Numbered from the stretch's first letter, positions 11,409 through 23,451 are shown. The stretch: DNA of 64,000 nucleotides from Aulosira sp. ZfuVER01 (GCA_034530615.2 JAVRCV020000004.1:130389-194388); one strand, 5' to 3'. Numbers and translations are program-made. The notes: generated by a model not told the origin, from the letters alone.

Positions 11409-11497
11409 TGTGGGAGGATAAAAAGTTAATTGAAAATTAAAGGATTAGACCTCTTGCTAAAGCACTAGGCGAATTTGATGTTGTTAATCTATCAGCT

Positions 11498-11523
11498 ACA
11501 AAGCCTGCATGGGCAGGCTTTGT
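11498..11523. repeat. short palindromic dispersed element
   Basis: ACAAAGCCTGC-ATGG-GCAGGCTTTGT perfect 11-bp inverted repeat. Confidence 0.6.
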
Positions 11524-11682
11524 TCGTATAACAGTTACGGATGCATTCAACAGCCAGTCTGTAAATATGAGATGCGAAGCGTGATTGTTGCAAGCAGTCT
11601 ATTTTTTCAAAAAAAGCAAGTTCAGCGAGGGATGGCTGTGGAGATAGTTGTGGAAAAGGAAAAGCTAGGTGTAAATGTTGTT

Positions 11683-11904
11683 ATGAAAGTTGGCGATCGC
11701 GTTCGTGTTAAAGATTCGGTAGTAGTTTACCATCATCCTGAACATCGCGGTCAGGCTTTTGACCTCAAAGGCTCAGAAGGCGAAGTCGTGGCTATTGTCA
11801 CTCAATGGGAGGGTAGACCTGTAAGTGCTAATTTGCCATTCTTAGTCCAGTTTAGTAAAAAATTTAAAGCCCATCTCCGTGACAATGAGTTAGAAATTAT
11901 CTAA
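11683..11904 (+). CDS. ftrV: ferredoxin-thioredoxin reductase variable chain
   Basis: MKVGDRVRVK.SVVVYHHPEHR..GRPVSANLP..FKAHL; alternative start at 11632. Confidence 0.93.
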   Translation: MKVGDRVRVKDSVVVYHHPEHRGQAFDLKGSEGEVVAIVTQWEGRPVSANLPFLVQFSKKFKAHLRDNELEII

Positions 11905-11909
11905 ATCTT

Positions 11910-12131
11910 TCAAAAGCGGCGAAACCAGCGAAAAATATTCAGTTCGCCGCGCATTTTTTCTAGCTCTTGACGGTGGCTGATTGCGGTTTTGTAATACCAT
12001 TCACAATGCTGCTGAAATTCTGAGCGCTCCCTAACTTCATGATAGAACTGGTGGGTTGTTTGATAAGAGGCAAAGGTTTCTTCAACTTCGCTGGGAGTTG
12101 CCAGGATAATATAAGGTAAATTTTTAGACAT
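11910..12131 (-). CDS. small conserved cyanobacterial hypothetical protein
   Basis: 73 aa with upstream RBS-like sequence; FYHEV..FQQHCEWY..QELEKMRGELNIFRWF pattern. Confidence 0.7.
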   Translation of the reverse strand: MSKNLPYIILATPSEVEETFASYQTTHQFYHEVRERSEFQQHCEWYYKTAISHRQELEKMRGELNIFRWFRRF

Positions 12132-12362
12132 AATTTCAGGGAGTGCTGATTCCTGAGAAATTTAATAAGAGACAATAGGCAACAGGCAAGAAGAAAAATT
12201 GGATGAGGTAAAAATTCCCATCTCAAAGTTTTGGACTTGTTACTTTTTTGACCTTTGACTTTTATTGAGAAATCAAAGCTTTATAACTATTGAAATTATA
12301 GCGATTGCAATTAAACTTCTAAAACTCACAGTACTGCTTACTACTCAGGACTCAGCACTTTT

Positions 12363-13154
12363 TTAGAGCCAACCGCGCAAGCTATAGATAAAAAGACCAA
12401 TATACTCTTTTAAAGCCTTAGTAAATTTGTCTAAATTGTCGCTATCAGGTAACAAATTCAATATAGCGGCTTTCGGACTGCTGCCAATTTCTTGAATTTC
12501 GCCTTGACTGACCAGAAAATCAGTAGGAGCCGGAATCGCCTCAATTCCTTGACGCTGAAAAATTTTCAGTGATCGCGGCATATGCATTGCCGAAGTCACC
12601 AACAATACGCGGCGAATGTTGCGAGACTGTAAAATCTTCTTGACATTTACAGCATTTTGATAAGTATTAAGCGAATCAGGTTCTTGGACAATTGCCTCAG
12701 CTGGTATACCAAGAGATGCGAGAATGTTTGCCATATCTGCCGACTCTGGGGTACCACCACCACGCCAATCGACCCGACCACCACTGAGGATTAGTAGAGG
12801 CGCTTTTTGCTGACGATAAAGTTGAGCGCCGTAAATGACGCGATCGCCCTGTTCGCTTAAATCAGGGCCAGGTCGAGGCCAAAAAGCTGATTTAGTAGCA
12901 CCACCTAAAACCACAATGGCTTCTGCATTAGGTACTTGGCTAGTTGCAGTATTTTGCCATTCTAGCGATCGCACCAGCCAGTAAGAAACCCAAGCATTAC
13001 TGCAAAATAACAATAAAATTAGCGCTATAGCTATTGCCACTGCTGCCATGCGCGGTCGTTTCCATAACACGAGCAACGCCACTACCAAACAGATAGAAGC
13101 TAATCCCAACGGATAAAAAAACAGCGGTAATAGCTTAGAAAGATATAAAAACAT
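12363..13154 (-). CDS. YdcF/ElyC (DUF218) family protein
   Basis: AIVVLGG, LILSGG, ESADM, SLNTYQNA, LVTSAMHMPRS, PAPTDF, LKEYIG. Confidence 0.92.
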   Translation of the reverse strand: MFLYLSKLLPLFFYPLGLASICLVVALLVLWKRPRMAAVAIAIALILLLFCSNAWVSYWLVRSLEWQNTATSQVPNAEAIVVLGGATKSAFWPRPGPDLSEQGDRVIYGAQLYRQQKAPLLILSGGRVDWRGGGTPESADMANILASLGIPAEAIVQEPDSLNTYQNAVNVKKILQSRNIRRVLLVTSAMHMPRSLKIFQRQGIEAIPAPTDFLVSQGEIQEIGSSPKAAILNLLPDSDNLDKFTKALKEYIGLFIYSLRGWL

Positions 13155-13208
13155 ACTGGGGTCTAGGAACTGCAAGGCGACACTTAACCCTTGACCAATT
13201 GCCTAATT

Positions 13209-13709
13209 TCACCGTTCCCAAAACCTAAAATTGATACCTCCAGATGTACGACGGAAACGCCGAGTAGTTTTTCTTCTGCGCTTGACATTGCTTCTACCAC
13301 TAGATTCTTCTTGTTCAGCCTCTTCTGTGGGTTCAAGCGGTAGCTGAGTTCTGGTTTCTTCCTTACTTCCCCACCAAGCGATCATCCAGCCTGCACCTAA
13401 AGCACCTAGTGCCCCCAATAAAATACTCATGGGTGCTGGATACCCTAACCAACTAAAGCCGATCAAGAACAATAACCAATATTTTAAGGCTGCATCAATG
13501 CCATCAGAGGAAGCTACAGACTGGGGCTGGGCACTACTCTTGCTGGCTGCGGTAATCCAGCCTAAGGTGAAACCACCCATGATGCCGAGAAAGATGCTCA
13601 GTGCTAGTGAGGAGCCTGTCATCGACAATACAAGGGTTAAAATTAAGCCAAATATCAGTTGTGATAGGAAGTTTGGCGAAAAATTCAAAAAGTCTTTTTT
13701 CTGTGCCAT
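13209..13709 (-). CDS. hypothetical membrane protein with basic C-terminal tail
   Basis: about four hydrophobic segments; co-directional within a gene run. Confidence 0.7.
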   Translation of the reverse strand: MAQKKDFLNFSPNFLSQLIFGLILTLVLSMTGSSLALSIFLGIMGGFTLGWITAASKSSAQPQSVASSDGIDAALKYWLLFLIGFSWLGYPAPMSILLGALGALGAGWMIAWWGSKEETRTQLPLEPTEEAEQEESSGRSNVKRRRKTTRRFRRTSGGINFRFWER

Positions 13710-13725
13710 GAGATAAACCAGGCTA

Positions 13726-15267
13726 TTAGGAAATTATTGCTTTTAATTGTGCCTGTTGTGGCTGAGTTGTATCACAAATCTTAACGTAGGGTTTTTCAGT
13801 ATCGGTGAATTGTTCAAATTGTTTAAGTTGGGATGCCAATAAATCGGCGGTAGCATCAGCGATGTCCCCAGTACGTTTATGAAGACGCTCTTGCACAACT
13901 TCTAGGGGTGCTGTGCATTGAACAATCTGGAGAGGTATTTGGTGCTTTTCAGCTTGGATAATTGCCTCTTGGCGTAAATGTTGTCGGTCATACTTAGCAT
14001 CTAAAATTACGAAAAAACCTTGATTAGCCAGTATAATTCCTAATTCCAGCAATCGTGCATAAGTTTTTTGAGTCATTTCTGGTGTATATACTTCATCACC
14101 ACCTCGCTCTAACAAAGGAATTCCCGCCAAATGTTTTCGCACTGCATCTGAGCGAACGTGAATTGCTCCTAATTGACGGGCTAAATATCGCGCTGTAGTA
14201 CTTTTGCCAGAGCCAGATAAACCCGACATTAAAATTAGTTGCCCTTGTTTGGGTTTAGTGTACTCCCAAGCTAGCGTGTAATACTTTGCTGCCGTTTTTG
14301 CTGCTTCTTCCTTTACCGCTACTGGCACACCAGGATCGTCTAGCAAAAATGAAGTCACTTTTGCTCTTACATAAGACTGACGGATTAAATATATGGGTAA
14401 AATCTGTAACCCTTCCCAATCGCCAGTTTGTTCTACATAAGTATTCAAATAAGCATTACTGAGGTCTTTTCGCTGCTGTGCTTCTAAATCCATTACCGCA
14501 TAAGCGATATCGAACATGACATCAACAAAACGAAACGGCTCATTAAATTCAATGCAATCGAACAGCATGATTTTGTCTTGCCATAGAGCGATATTTCTTA
14601 GGTGTAAATCTCCATGACATTCACGAATGTAGTTATTTTGAATTCTGCTGGCAAATAATTCTGGGCGTTCCGCAAAAAAACGCTCAGTATATGCTTTAGT
14701 TTCGTCAAACTGTAATTGAGTCTGAGGGCCACCAATATATTTCTCGGTTTGCTCGTAATTCTCGTCAAAAGCAGCCCGCACTTGCGGTACTTCACCAAAA
14801 CTCCGAATATAATCATTTGTCTCAGTTTTGGCATGATATTGAGCTACGACTCTTCCCAATTCCTCTAGATGTGTCTCATTTAACTTACCCTGTTCAAACA
14901 GAGTGCTCAACAAAGCTTCTTGGGGAAACTGGCGCATCTTCAGCACATATTCTACAGCTTCATCGCTTCCCCCTAGATGGTATTCCTCTCCAGCTAGAGT
15001 TATGGGCAACACTTCCAAATAAAGTTCCCCAGCACCTCGCTGATTCAACCGTAATTCTTCGTGACAAAAATACCGCCGCTTCTCTAAGGTTGAGTAGTCT
15101 AAAAAGCCAAAATTTACAGGTTTTTTCACTTTATAGACATAATCGCCAGTTAGCAGTACATAAGAAACGTGAGTTTGAATCAGTTGAATGGGTTCGAGGA
15201 CAGCATGGGGATAAAATCCAGGCTGTAACATTTGCTGAATTAACGCTGGAATAGTCGCTTCTGTCAT
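13726..15267 (-). CDS. bifunctional APH-like kinase / P-loop (AAA_33, gluconate-kinase-like) protein
   Basis: LIQTHVSYVLL, ECHGDLHLRNI, FDCIEFN; GLSGSGKST, RSDAVRK. Confidence 0.9.
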   Translation of the reverse strand: MTEATIPALIQQMLQPGFYPHAVLEPIQLIQTHVSYVLLTGDYVYKVKKPVNFGFLDYSTLEKRRYFCHEELRLNQRGAGELYLEVLPITLAGEEYHLGGSDEAVEYVLKMRQFPQEALLSTLFEQGKLNETHLEELGRVVAQYHAKTETNDYIRSFGEVPQVRAAFDENYEQTEKYIGGPQTQLQFDETKAYTERFFAERPELFASRIQNNYIRECHGDLHLRNIALWQDKIMLFDCIEFNEPFRFVDVMFDIAYAVMDLEAQQRKDLSNAYLNTYVEQTGDWEGLQILPIYLIRQSYVRAKVTSFLLDDPGVPVAVKEEAAKTAAKYYTLAWEYTKPKQGQLILMSGLSGSGKSTTARYLARQLGAIHVRSDAVRKHLAGIPLLERGGDEVYTPEMTQKTYARLLELGIILANQGFFVILDAKYDRQHLRQEAIIQAEKHQIPLQIVQCTAPLEVVQERLHKRTGDIADATADLLASQLKQFEQFTDTEKPYVKICDTTQPQQAQLKAIIS

Positions 15268-15284
15268 ATTTCTAATTGATAATT

Positions 15285-15340
15285 AACCGCCGATGAACGC
15301 AGATAAACGCAGATAATTATTTCAAATCATCGGCGTGTAT
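15285..15340. repeat. 10-bp-unit dispersed repeat (ACGCAGATAA/ACACAGATGA family)
   Basis: AACCGCCGATGAACGCAGATAAACGCAGATAA; related copies at 32996, 58616, 61379. Confidence 0.7.
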
Positions 15341-15468
15341 TAGTGTTTGTAATTTTGGCTCTCGATATTTACGCTGTTAGCTTAACAAAAAACCAGGGTT
15401 TTACCCCTGGCATTATCAGTAATTATGACAAAATTTAAGTAGCAAGAAAGATTCAATATCTTCCGCAA

Positions 15469-15765
15469 TTAGCTTTTGGCAGCAAAAAAGCTGACGTGGT
15501 AGGTTGTACCTTTTGCTGGATGGGATTGAACTTCTCGGACTACGGTTTTACCACTCCACTCGATCTCAGGAATGTTAAGTTCAACTTCTGTTTTGTTAAC
15601 AACAGCGTGTTTGAGCAGGCGCTCAACTGTTTTAGCATCAACTACGAGAGAAATTGATTCGGCACCTTTGTGCCCGTATAAATTGGCAGGGATTAATCCA
15701 GAACGGCGCAAAGCATTTGCCTTGCTACCTTCTGGTCGCTTTTTAGATTCGACTGTCAGAGCCAT
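15469..15765 (-). CDS. rplY: 50S ribosomal protein L25
   Basis: [29 protein letters not shown]; start set at ATG 15765. Confidence 0.93.
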   Translation of the reverse strand: MALTVESKKRPEGSKANALRRSGLIPANLYGHKGAESISLVVDAKTVERLLKHAVVNKTEVELNIPEIEWSGKTVVREVQSHPAKGTTYHVSFFAAKS

Positions 15766-15786
15766 ACAAGTTGTTAGAGGTAAATT

Positions 15787-15820
15787 GTCAAGGGTCAAGG
15801 GTCAAGGGTCAAGGGTCAAA
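15787..15820. repeat. STRR (GTCAAGG)x4
   Basis: exact heptamer tandem between purA and rplY. Confidence 0.85.
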
Positions 15821-15852
15821 ACAACTCTGGACTTTTGACTTTTAATTCAAAG

Positions 15853-17205
<1,353 letters not shown>

Positions 17206-18072
17206 CTATAGGTAAAGTTTCCACAAACAATAATTATCAACATATTCTGTTACCTATGTCAAGCACATTACAGAATATTTATTGAAACAAATTTATCAGC
17301 AAGCTAAGAGCAACTAAAGTCAAGTGCTAGGGATGAAGATTACATACTTACGCACGAGGTTAGTCAAAAGTCAAGAGCAAAAATTCAAGAATCATTCTGG
17401 ACTTATGAGTATTGTTTGCCTTAAAAAAAATTGCAATACTTAGGCACATTTGCTTGTGAGATTTTAGTCATGAATTTACTCAGCAAAATATATGATTTAG
17501 CTGTCAGTACTGATGTACTGCAAAACAAGTGGTTTATTGGAGAGCAAATAATATTAAATACTGTCCATTTTGAAACCTGGATCTTTTCGGGAGAAGATAT
17601 TATCCTGTCGTAGCTTGAGTTCTGAACTTTACCTTCATTACAAAAAACTGCGGTTTTCAAGGTAGATGCAGTTTAAATTGCATATTGCTTTATTACATAA
17701 CTTCTATAAAGTTTTATCTCTAGTATAAATAGATTCTTAGCTTATTGATGATTCTGACAGTTCAATCACCCTTAATTTATAGTATTATCTCAAATTTTTG
17801 ATAGAACATCTTCACTGATGCGTATTCACCTCCTAATGCTTCTGTCATCACTTCATAATTGGCGAAGATATTGGCAATGAAAGGAACTTTTTAAGCAGCT
17901 TCTGTGTCTCAAGACTACCCTATAATTGTCTATGTTAGTGGATTGCAGAATGCATACCACAGATTTTGTCGTGTTACTAGTGCCGTACAAATTCTTGACT
18001 TTTATGAGGCATTTGATTTTTAATCTTTAATTTTAACGCATAGGAGACATCTGCACCGTAAAGGGCGATCGC

Positions 18073-20607
18073 ATGATGAAATGGTCTGTCATCCAAAAGC
18101 TGAGAGTCGTATTTATTCTAGTCTTGGCAGTTTTATTCACTAATGCTGTAGTGTCCTATAGCATCACTATGAAGCTGATCCACAATCAGCAATGGGTGAC
18201 ACAGTCCCAGGAAGTTATTACTCAACTAGAAACTCTACATTCAAAACTTCAAAATGCGGAAATTGCACAACGTAGCTATCTACTAACTGCAAATACAGAT
18301 GACTTAGCAGCCTATCTGCAAGCGCGACAACAGACTGACAATAATATCCAAATTCTAAAAAAGTTAACTCAGGCTTCTCAAAATCAGCAGTTAATTTCTA
18401 TACTTGAGGAAAAAATTACCAACAAACTCAACATTCTGCAATCAGAAATTTCTGTTTATCAGAACCAAGGATTGGATGCTGTTCGGAAGTTAGTTTTGTC
18501 CGATAAAAAGCGGAATCTAAAAAATGATATTCAACAGTTAATTTACGACAAACTAGAGGCAGAACAAAAAATCCTACAACGGCAGAGTCAGCAGTCGCAA
18601 GCAACCGCTTACAAGTCGATTACCACATTTTTATTAGCCGCTTTCATAGATTTATTATTAGTCGCATTGTTATATGATTTGTTGTGGCGTTATGTCAACC
18701 GACTTCAGCAGACAGAACTGGATTTACGCCAAAGTGAGAATCGTCTGCGAGCAATTATAGATGCAGAACCAGAATGTATTAAGTTAATTGCAAGGGATGG
18801 TACTTTATTAGAAATTAATGCTTCTGGACTGGCGATGATAGAGATAGAAAGTGCGGAAAGAGTGATTGGTAAGCCAATTGGCACTGCGATCGCACCAGAA
18901 TATAGAGAAGCTTTTTTGGCTTTGCATGAACGTGTTTGTCAAGGTGAAAAGGGTAATTTAGAGTTTGAAATCGTCGGATTTAAAGGTACTCGCCGTTGGA
19001 TGGAAACTTATGCTGTACCACTGTGTAACGAATCGGATGGCACATTTATGCATTTGGCTGTGACGCGAGATATTACTAAGCGCCAACAAGCAGAACAGAA
19101 AATCCGCGAACAAGCAGCACTTTTAGATGTCGCAACTGATGCGATTTTAGTCAGAAATATTCACAACCAAATATTATTTTGGAATAAAGGTGCTGAACGT
19201 ATCTACGGCTGGAAGCTTGAGGAAGCTATAGGTAAAAATGTTGTAGAGCTTTTGTACAAAGATACTTCACCCCAGCTACAAGATGCATTTTTTCAAGTCG
19301 TCCACAGAGGTGAATGGCGAGGTGAGTTGCAGCACTTAACAAAAGATGGTAAAGAAATTATCGTTGAAAGCCGCTGGACACTGATGCGGGATGAAAAAAA
19401 TCAACCAAAATCAATTCTTAGTGTCAGTACAGAAATCACCGATAAAAAACAACTAGAAGCGCAACTTTTGCGATCGCAACGCTTAGAGAGTCTGGGAACT
19501 CTTGCGGGAGGGATTGCCCACGACCTTAACAATGTACTAGCTCCAGTGTTAATGTCAGTTGAGTTGTTGCAAATGAAATTGCACGACCAACAGAGTCAAC
19601 ATGTACTCCAAACCCTAGAAAATAATGTCAAACGGGGGGCTAGTTTACTCAAGCAAGTTTTGTCTTTTGCACGGGGTATGGAAGGCAAACACACAATTGT
19701 GCAAATTAGGCAATTAATACAAGAGATTGAGCAGATTGTTAATCAAACATTTCCCAAATCCATTACCTGTCATGTAGATTTATCCGAAAATCTCTGGTAC
19801 GTGTTTGGAAACACCACTCAACTGCATCAGGTACTGATGAACTTGGTAGTTAATGCTCGTGATGCCATGCCAGAGGGCGGCATCATAAAAATTGTAGTGG
19901 AGAATGTGGTTATTGATGAAAACTATGCAAAGTTGCATATTAATGCTCAAGCAGGTTCCTATGTTGCTATTTCTGCGATCGATACAGGTATAGGTATATC
20001 GCCTGAAATACAAGAACGGATTTTTGAGCCATTTTTTACTACCAAAGATGTGGGAAAAGGTACAGGCTTGGGACTATCTACAGCGTTAGGTATTATTAAA
20101 AACCATGATGGTTTTGTGAATGTGAATAGTGAAATTGGTAAAGGCACTCAATTTAAAGTGTACTTACCCGCCGTAGGCGATCGCACTCAACCAGTCAATT
20201 TCCCTGAACTAGAAGCTGCCAGAGGAAATGGCGAATTGATTTTGGTAGTGGATGATGAAGCAGGAATTCGGGAAATTACCAAATCATCTTTGGAAACATA
20301 TAATTATCGGGTTTTAACTGCTAGTAATGGTGTAGAGGCAGTTGCATTATATACAAAATATCGGCAGCAAATTACTGTGGTATTGCTGGATATGATGATG
20401 CCAGAGATGGATGGTGCGATCGCCATTCGCCAGCTTAAAAAAATTAATCCCTATGTCAAAATTATTGTCATTAGCGGACTGTTATCAAATCAAAATAAAA
20501 GAGAAGCCGCTAACATGGGTGTAAGAGCATTTTTATCCAAACCCTGCACTGCCAAAGAGTTATTGCAAACAATTAGTGCAATCAAAGTGCTAAGTAGCGA
20601 GTTGTGA
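18073..20607 (+). CDS. hybrid sensor histidine kinase (CHASE3, 2 PAS, HisKA, HATPase, REC)
   Basis: two TMs flanking AEIAQRSYLLT; GGIAHDLNN; NLVVNARDAM; FFTTK..GTGLGL; LVVDDE..LLDMMMPEMDG. Confidence 0.93.
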   Translation: MMKWSVIQKLRVVFILVLAVLFTNAVVSYSITMKLIHNQQWVTQSQEVITQLETLHSKLQNAEIAQRSYLLTANTDDLAAYLQARQQTDNNIQILKKLTQASQNQQLISILEEKITNKLNILQSEISVYQNQGLDAVRKLVLSDKKRNLKNDIQQLIYDKLEAEQKILQRQSQQSQATAYKSITTFLLAAFIDLLLVALLYDLLWRYVNRLQQTELDLRQSENRLRAIIDAEPECIKLIARDGTLLEINASGLAMIEIESAERVIGKPIGTAIAPEYREAFLALHERVCQGEKGNLEFEIVGFKGTRRWMETYAVPLCNESDGTFMHLAVTRDITKRQQAEQKIREQAALLDVATDAILVRNIHNQILFWNKGAERIYGWKLEEAIGKNVVELLYKDTSPQLQDAFFQVVHRGEWRGELQHLTKDGKEIIVESRWTLMRDEKNQPKSILSVSTEITDKKQLEAQLLRSQRLESLGTLAGGIAHDLNNVLAPVLMSVELLQMKLHDQQSQHVLQTLENNVKRGASLLKQVLSFARGMEGKHTIVQIRQLIQEIEQIVNQTFPKSITCHVDLSENLWYVFGNTTQLHQVLMNLVVNARDAMPEGGIIKIVVENVVIDENYAKLHINAQAGSYVAISAIDTGIGISPEIQERIFEPFFTTKDVGKGTGLGLSTALGIIKNHDGFVNVNSEIGKGTQFKVYLPAVGDRTQPVNFPELEAARGNGELILVVDDEAGIREITKSSLETYNYRVLTASNGVEAVALYTKYRQQITVVLLDMMMPEMDGAIAIRQLKKINPYVKIIVISGLLSNQNKREAANMGVRAFLSKPCTAKELLQTISAIKVLSSEL

Positions 20608-20817
20608 ATGCTGAGTTGGAAATCATGCAGTCCCACTGAAAATTCACCGTGCGTCAACCACAGATGAGGGGGATGAGGGAGAAATGAGCAATGACTCAGT
20701 GCTGAAATTGGTCAAAGTTATAAATTAACAATAGCTTTACGAATATTCCTTGAGATAGAGATTTTTTTTCGCTATCTTATTGTTAAGATTATTAAAATTT
20801 TTCCCGAAAAAACCACT

Positions 20818-21861
20818 ATGGCTTTATACGCTGAATTGCATCGGCATCTGGGCGGTTCGGTTGTACCTCGTGTGTTATGGCGTTATTTCGAGAGACATGC
20901 ATCAGAGTTGATTTCCCGATTCGCGAACTATCCAGAATTTGAAGACTTTTATACAAGACCGCGCAACACCCTAGATGAATATCTAGAATTGCATACTCTA
21001 GTAGAAAGTGTGCAGACTGTAGAGACTTTGCCTTACTTTATCTATCGCTTGCTACGGGGTGCTTACATATTTGAGAATTTAGCTTATTTGGAACTGCGCT
21101 ACACCCCTTATTTACGAACACCCGAACATCTGAGTCAATCCGAAAGAATTGACAAGATGGCAGAAATTGTAGAAGTTGTAGGAAAAGCTAGTCAGTTGGA
21201 AGAATATCCAATTGTGACTAGCCAAATTCTCTGTATGCACTCGCGTTTACCTTATGAGGTGAATAAGGCAATTGTTGATTTAGCAGTGCACAACAAACAG
21301 TATGTCTGTGCAGTAGACATCGCTGGGGGTGATAGCTACTATGCTGAACGTATGGAGGAATGGATTAACCTGTATGATTATGCCTGCTCCCTAAATATTA
21401 AAACTACAGGACATCTTTACGAAACTACAGCCGGTTGTTACACCCAACTTTTACCTTATCTGAAGCGGATTGGTCACGGAATTCAAATTCCACTGTTGTA
21501 TCCTGAATTACTTTCAGATATAGCTAAAAGAGGGCAATGTTTAGAGGTTTGCCCCACAACTTATCTAAAAACAGGTACTTTGCAAGATATACGTCAACTC
21601 AAATTAGTTTTTGACCGCTGTTTTGAAGCTGGGGTAGACATTGCTATTTGTACTGATAATGCTGGTTTACACAATGTGCGTCTGCCATTTGAGTATGAAA
21701 ATCTTTTGACATACGACATTATTAACTTTAAACAGTTGCAAGCTTGTCAGGATGCAGCTTTCCGTCATGCTTTTGCTTGGCCTTACGGCGAACGCCCTGC
21801 ATCTCTGTTGAGTGGATTGTTGAAACCTGAACCCGCGAAAGTTTTGGCAATGCAAGATTAA
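20818..21861 (+). CDS. adenosine deaminase family protein
   Basis: ELHRHLGGS, YLELRYTP, GHLYE, RIGHG, LEVCPT, ICTDN. Confidence 0.9.
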   Translation: MALYAELHRHLGGSVVPRVLWRYFERHASELISRFANYPEFEDFYTRPRNTLDEYLELHTLVESVQTVETLPYFIYRLLRGAYIFENLAYLELRYTPYLRTPEHLSQSERIDKMAEIVEVVGKASQLEEYPIVTSQILCMHSRLPYEVNKAIVDLAVHNKQYVCAVDIAGGDSYYAERMEEWINLYDYACSLNIKTTGHLYETTAGCYTQLLPYLKRIGHGIQIPLLYPELLSDIAKRGQCLEVCPTTYLKTGTLQDIRQLKLVFDRCFEAGVDIAICTDNAGLHNVRLPFEYENLLTYDIINFKQLQACQDAAFRHAFAWPYGERPASLLSGLLKPEPAKVLAMQD

Positions 21862-21923
21862 TAAATTACTCGTAGGAAACTTGCTGAGTTAAGAGTCACA
21901 CCCTTACGCAAAATTCACAATTA

Positions 21924-21955
21924 TCAAGCCTCCTAGATTTATCCTGGGGGCTTGA
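21924..21955. terminator. hairpin between convergent genes
   Basis: TCAAGCC(T)CC..GGGGGCTTGA inverted repeat. Confidence 0.55.
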
Positions 21956-21964
21956 ATAATGCTC

Positions 21965-22708
21965 TTATTTGAGACATTCAATACCAACTATGGGCATACA
22001 ATCAAGGAAATCCTGCCAATATTCTTGACCAAATTCTTCCACTCCTTGAGGAGAAATTATTGGTTTTTGCCAGCGAACTGCTTTGAAACCGACACTCTGA
22101 AATGCCCACTCATAAGTAGCTGCGCCAAGGTAATAGTTATCGAAGCTAAATTGCTGCTTGCTATGAGAAATTGTGAATGTGTATTTTATCGGCGTGCCTT
22201 CTATTAATGGTGAGGCTATGCTTTTAATAAATCCATACTTTTCAGTTGCAAGATAAGAACTGGGGGGTTGGGAGTCATTATTATTGATGGTGACGAAACG
22301 ACCGCCTGGTTTTAGGTTAGCAAATATACTTTGACACATTTTCAATAGTTGGTCTCTGGTTTGGGCGTAATTGAGTAGATAGGAAGCCACCACCAGATCA
22401 AAGCTACCAATTTTATCAAGTTCAAATACATCACCAAGAATGTATTCAATATTTTGGGGTTCTCTGGCTTCTTCTTGTCTCGCCAGTTCAATCATGTTTT
22501 CGGAAATTTCCACCCCTATCACGCGCGCTGCACCTTGGAGTTTGAATTGTCTGGTATAAAATCCTTCTCCGCAGGCCAAATCTAGGAGTGATTTTCCCAA
22601 GAGATCGCCAAGCAGATGAAAGTATGTATATGCTTCAATATGCAGACGAAACGGCAATTGTTTGGATTTTTTATACTCCTGGGCTATAGAGTCATAATAA
22701 GTTGCCAT
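21965..22708 (-). CDS. class I SAM-dependent methyltransferase (ToxA-like)
   Basis: LLDLACGEGFYTR, GVEISENMIELAR, FDLVVASYLLNYA, LKPGGRF. Confidence 0.88.
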   Translation of the reverse strand: MATYYDSIAQEYKKSKQLPFRLHIEAYTYFHLLGDLLGKSLLDLACGEGFYTRQFKLQGAARVIGVEISENMIELARQEEAREPQNIEYILGDVFELDKIGSFDLVVASYLLNYAQTRDQLLKMCQSIFANLKPGGRFVTINNNDSQPPSSYLATEKYGFIKSIASPLIEGTPIKYTFTISHSKQQFSFDNYYLGAATYEWAFQSVGFKAVRWQKPIISPQGVEEFGQEYWQDFLDCMPIVGIECLK

Positions 22709-22912
22709 TTTTTTACTCCACTAATTAATAGGGGTGATGTTAAAGAGTGAGTGTCTATGACTAACTCAACATCTATAGCAGTGCTATTAATCCTCAATAC
22801 CGTGCTTAGTATTGCCTGATTGAATTGCCAGAATAACAATTGTCAGAAGTAAAAAATGAAAATCTTGAGAACCGTAAACCTAAATTTCTATTTTTAGAAA
22901 ATCATAGAAAAA

Positions 22913-22938
22913 CTGTACTGCACATTGTGCAGTACACA
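22913..22938. terminator. hairpin downstream of rhodanese gene
   Basis: TGTACTGCACA-T-TGTGCAGTACA palindrome preceded by an A-run. Confidence 0.55.
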
Positions 22939-22966
22939 GAAACCAAACAATATTAACAAACAAAAA

Positions 22967-23308
22967 TTAAGCTCCAAGACCTTCTGTAGCACCACCGGCG
23001 GCTTTCCAACCAGCAAGACCACCTTGGATTGAAGAAACTTCAGCAAACCCAGCAGCCTTTAATGTTTGGGCAGCATTAGTTGATTGTTCATCATTTGTGC
23101 CATAAACATAGATATGGCGTTCTGCGTGCAAAGAAGATTTAGCCCTTTTCGTTAGTTCATCTAAGGGGATGGGAATTGCTCCACTGATATGACCTTGATT
23201 ATAGGTATGGCGATCGCGCACGTCAATAATTGTAAAAGCTGGGTGTCCCCATTCCAAACGCAGCTTTAAATCGTGCGCATCAGTTAATAAATTGGTACTC
23301 ATCGGCAT
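22967..23308 (-). CDS. single-domain rhodanese-like protein
   Basis: IIDVRDR..YNQGHISGAI..GGLAGWKAAG; the active-site position has no Cys (YVYG). Confidence 0.9.
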   Translation of the reverse strand: MPMSTNLLTDAHDLKLRLEWGHPAFTIIDVRDRHTYNQGHISGAIPIPLDELTKRAKSSLHAERHIYVYGTNDEQSTNAAQTLKAAGFAEVSSIQGGLAGWKAAGGATEGLGA

Positions 23309-23451
23309 TTTCCGCTTATAACCTTAAAAGCAATCTATCAAAGATCTAATTTCAATCGATATTTCTTTACAATTAATAAAAATTTTTTTTGAACGGTAAA
23401 CAAAATTGCTTATTCTATTCAGTGGTTGGCAGTTCGCCTACACTGTAATAT

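Noticed and set aside
14817..15254. Antisense or alternate-frame ORFs inside recognised genes (many in the track)
   Set aside because: Shadow ORFs without motifs or RBS support
17225..17240. Possible Zur box upstream of purA
   Set aside because: Only the ATTATCA half-site matches; three mismatches in the other half
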